Source of the DNA: an uncultured Nitrospirota bacterium | Lineage (GTDB): Bacteria; Nitrospinota; Nitrospinia; CAJXCL01 | Assembly: GCA_913051775.1 (NCBI GenBank) | Contig: CAJXCL010000002.1 | Span: forward strand, 18,307-82,306 | Reading direction: 5' to 3' | DNA: 64,000 nt | In this document: in pieces, positions 62,752 through 64,000 of the stretch | Position numbering within the stretch: position 1 is the stretch's first letter | How the letters are laid out: each line of letters begins with the position of its first letter | Program-made: the position numbers and the translations under genes | The notes under the pieces: generated by a model | Told to the model about the DNA's origin: nothing | Databases searched by the model: none | What the model saw: only the letters and a program-made list of their open reading frames with translations

Positions 62752-64000
62752 TACGATCAATATGATTTTTAAAGTTAAAGAGTTTTTGATTAAGCAAAAC
62801 TTGGTTAAACCTGGTGAAAAATTAGCAGCTGCAGTATCCGGTGGACCCGATTCTGTAGCTATGCTTTTCTGCCTGAATGATTTAAAAAAAGATATCGGAT
62901 TCGAGCTGTCCGTGTTTCATATTAACCACATGCTGAGAAGTAAAGAATCCGACAGAGACGAGTTGTTTGTAAAAAACCTAACAGAAAGTCTTGATCTTCC
63001 CTTTTACTTTGCAAAAACGGATGTTGCCGGGTATCAAAAAAAGCATAAATGTTCCGTTCAAGTTGCCGCGAGGGAGATGCGGTATTTTCACATGAATCAA
63101 CTCGCTGACCGTTATTCCATCTCAAAGATCGCTACAGGCCATACGGCTGACGACCAGGCTGAAACGGTGTTAATGAGAATTCTCAAGGGCTCTGGGTTAA
63201 AGGGGGTTTCAGGTATTCCGCCAATAAGAGACAATAAATATATAAGGCCTATGCTGGAAGTTACCCGTGAAGAGATTGAACAATTTTTAAAGCAAAATAA
63301 AATCAAATATTTAATGGATTCAACTAACCTGAAAAATCATTACCACAGAAACCGAGTAAGAAATAAACTAATCCCATTTTTAAAGAAAGAATTTAATCCT
63401 TCTATTATTGATGCATTATGCAGATCTTCACAAATATTCCGAGCGGATGATAATTTTATTTCAGAAGTAGCGCAAAACGAGCTTAATACGTTGCTGTTAA
63501 AAAACCATGACAAGATACTAATTTTAGACGCGACCCATTTTCAAACATTACATGAAGCTTTAAAAAGAAGAATTATTTTAGACGCTATTTATCAATTTTC
63601 CGGTTCTGGAAGGCAGGTTTCGCAAAATATAATTGAAACCATCTTGCATGTTATAAGGTCTAACGTATCAGGAAAATTTTTATCTGTTTTCAATAATTTG
63701 ATATTTAAATACCAGTACAATCAGATTATTTTTGAGCTCCAAAAGAAAAACCTCAGTGGAACCCTGATAAAGCAGAAAAAGTTGTTAATTCCAGGGAAAA
63801 CAAAAATTGAGGAGATTGGAAAGGAAGTGATTTCAACTATAATAACCAAAAAGGATGTTCCAAAAGATTTAAAAAAAACAGCCTCTTTTACTGCCTTTAT
63901 TGATTACAGCGTAACGGGAAAAGAACTTTTTGTCCGCTCCCGCCAAAGAGGAGATAAGTTTTGTCCATTAGGAATTAAAGGGCATAAAAAAATAAAAGAT
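62752..64000 (+). CDS. tilS: tRNA(Ile)-lysidine synthetase TilS, 3'-truncated at window end; missing from the ORF track because no stop is reached
   Basis: Open frame from the ATG at ~62752 to nt 64000. PP-loop AAVSGGPDSVAM, ATGHTADDQAETVLMR and C-terminal …RSRQRGDKFCPLG…. Confidence 0.85.

Overview
AT-rich bacterial chromosomal window, probably from an uncultivated lineage. It is gene-dense and almost entirely housekeeping. I found no rRNA, tRNA or CRISPR array by eye. In order along the window: (1) a 5'-partial GspD/PilQ-type secretin. (2) leuA, an MIO ammonia-lyase and bioB. (3) A complete F1Fo ATP synthase operon (atpZ-like, atpI, B, E, F, H, A, G, D, C). (4) An ~7.7-kb Mrp/Mnh-type cation antiporter cluster (E-F-G-B-C-D-D-x-D) immediately after atpC. 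It is followed by a ~400-bp duplicate of the atpD 3' end plus a second atpC paralog, so the Mrp cassette is bracketed by direct repeats inside the atp locus. (5) An accessory-looking block: ankyrin-repeat protein, YdeP-family molybdopterin oxidoreductase, YgiM-like SH3b tail-anchored protein and a small ferredoxin. (6) miaA, a TrmN6-like methyltransferase, coaE, purS-purQ, a polyprenyl-phosphate sugar transferase, an aminotransferase, lipA, der, panC, a thiolase, ispG, proS, rimP-nusA-infB-DUF503-rbfA-truB-rpsO-pnp, an M16 peptidase, pepA, gap-tpiA-secG, asnS and tilS (3'-truncated and missing from the ORF track). Two families of short intergenic repeats are scattered through the window: a REP-like structured element with a CCC-UUCG-GGG hairpin (6 copies) and a MITE-like element with GACAGGATAACAGGATAAAC-type terminal inverted repeats around a palindromic core (5 full and 2 partial copies). 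A pair of ~70-bp direct repeats, each with a TATAAT box, lies almost exactly 1 kb apart around the YgiM-like gene. The most system-like novelty is the Mrp antiporter module embedded in, and bracketed by a duplication of, the ATP synthase operon, together with a c-subunit that carries a partial Na+-binding signature. Small-motif coordinates are approximate (about +/-3 nt).
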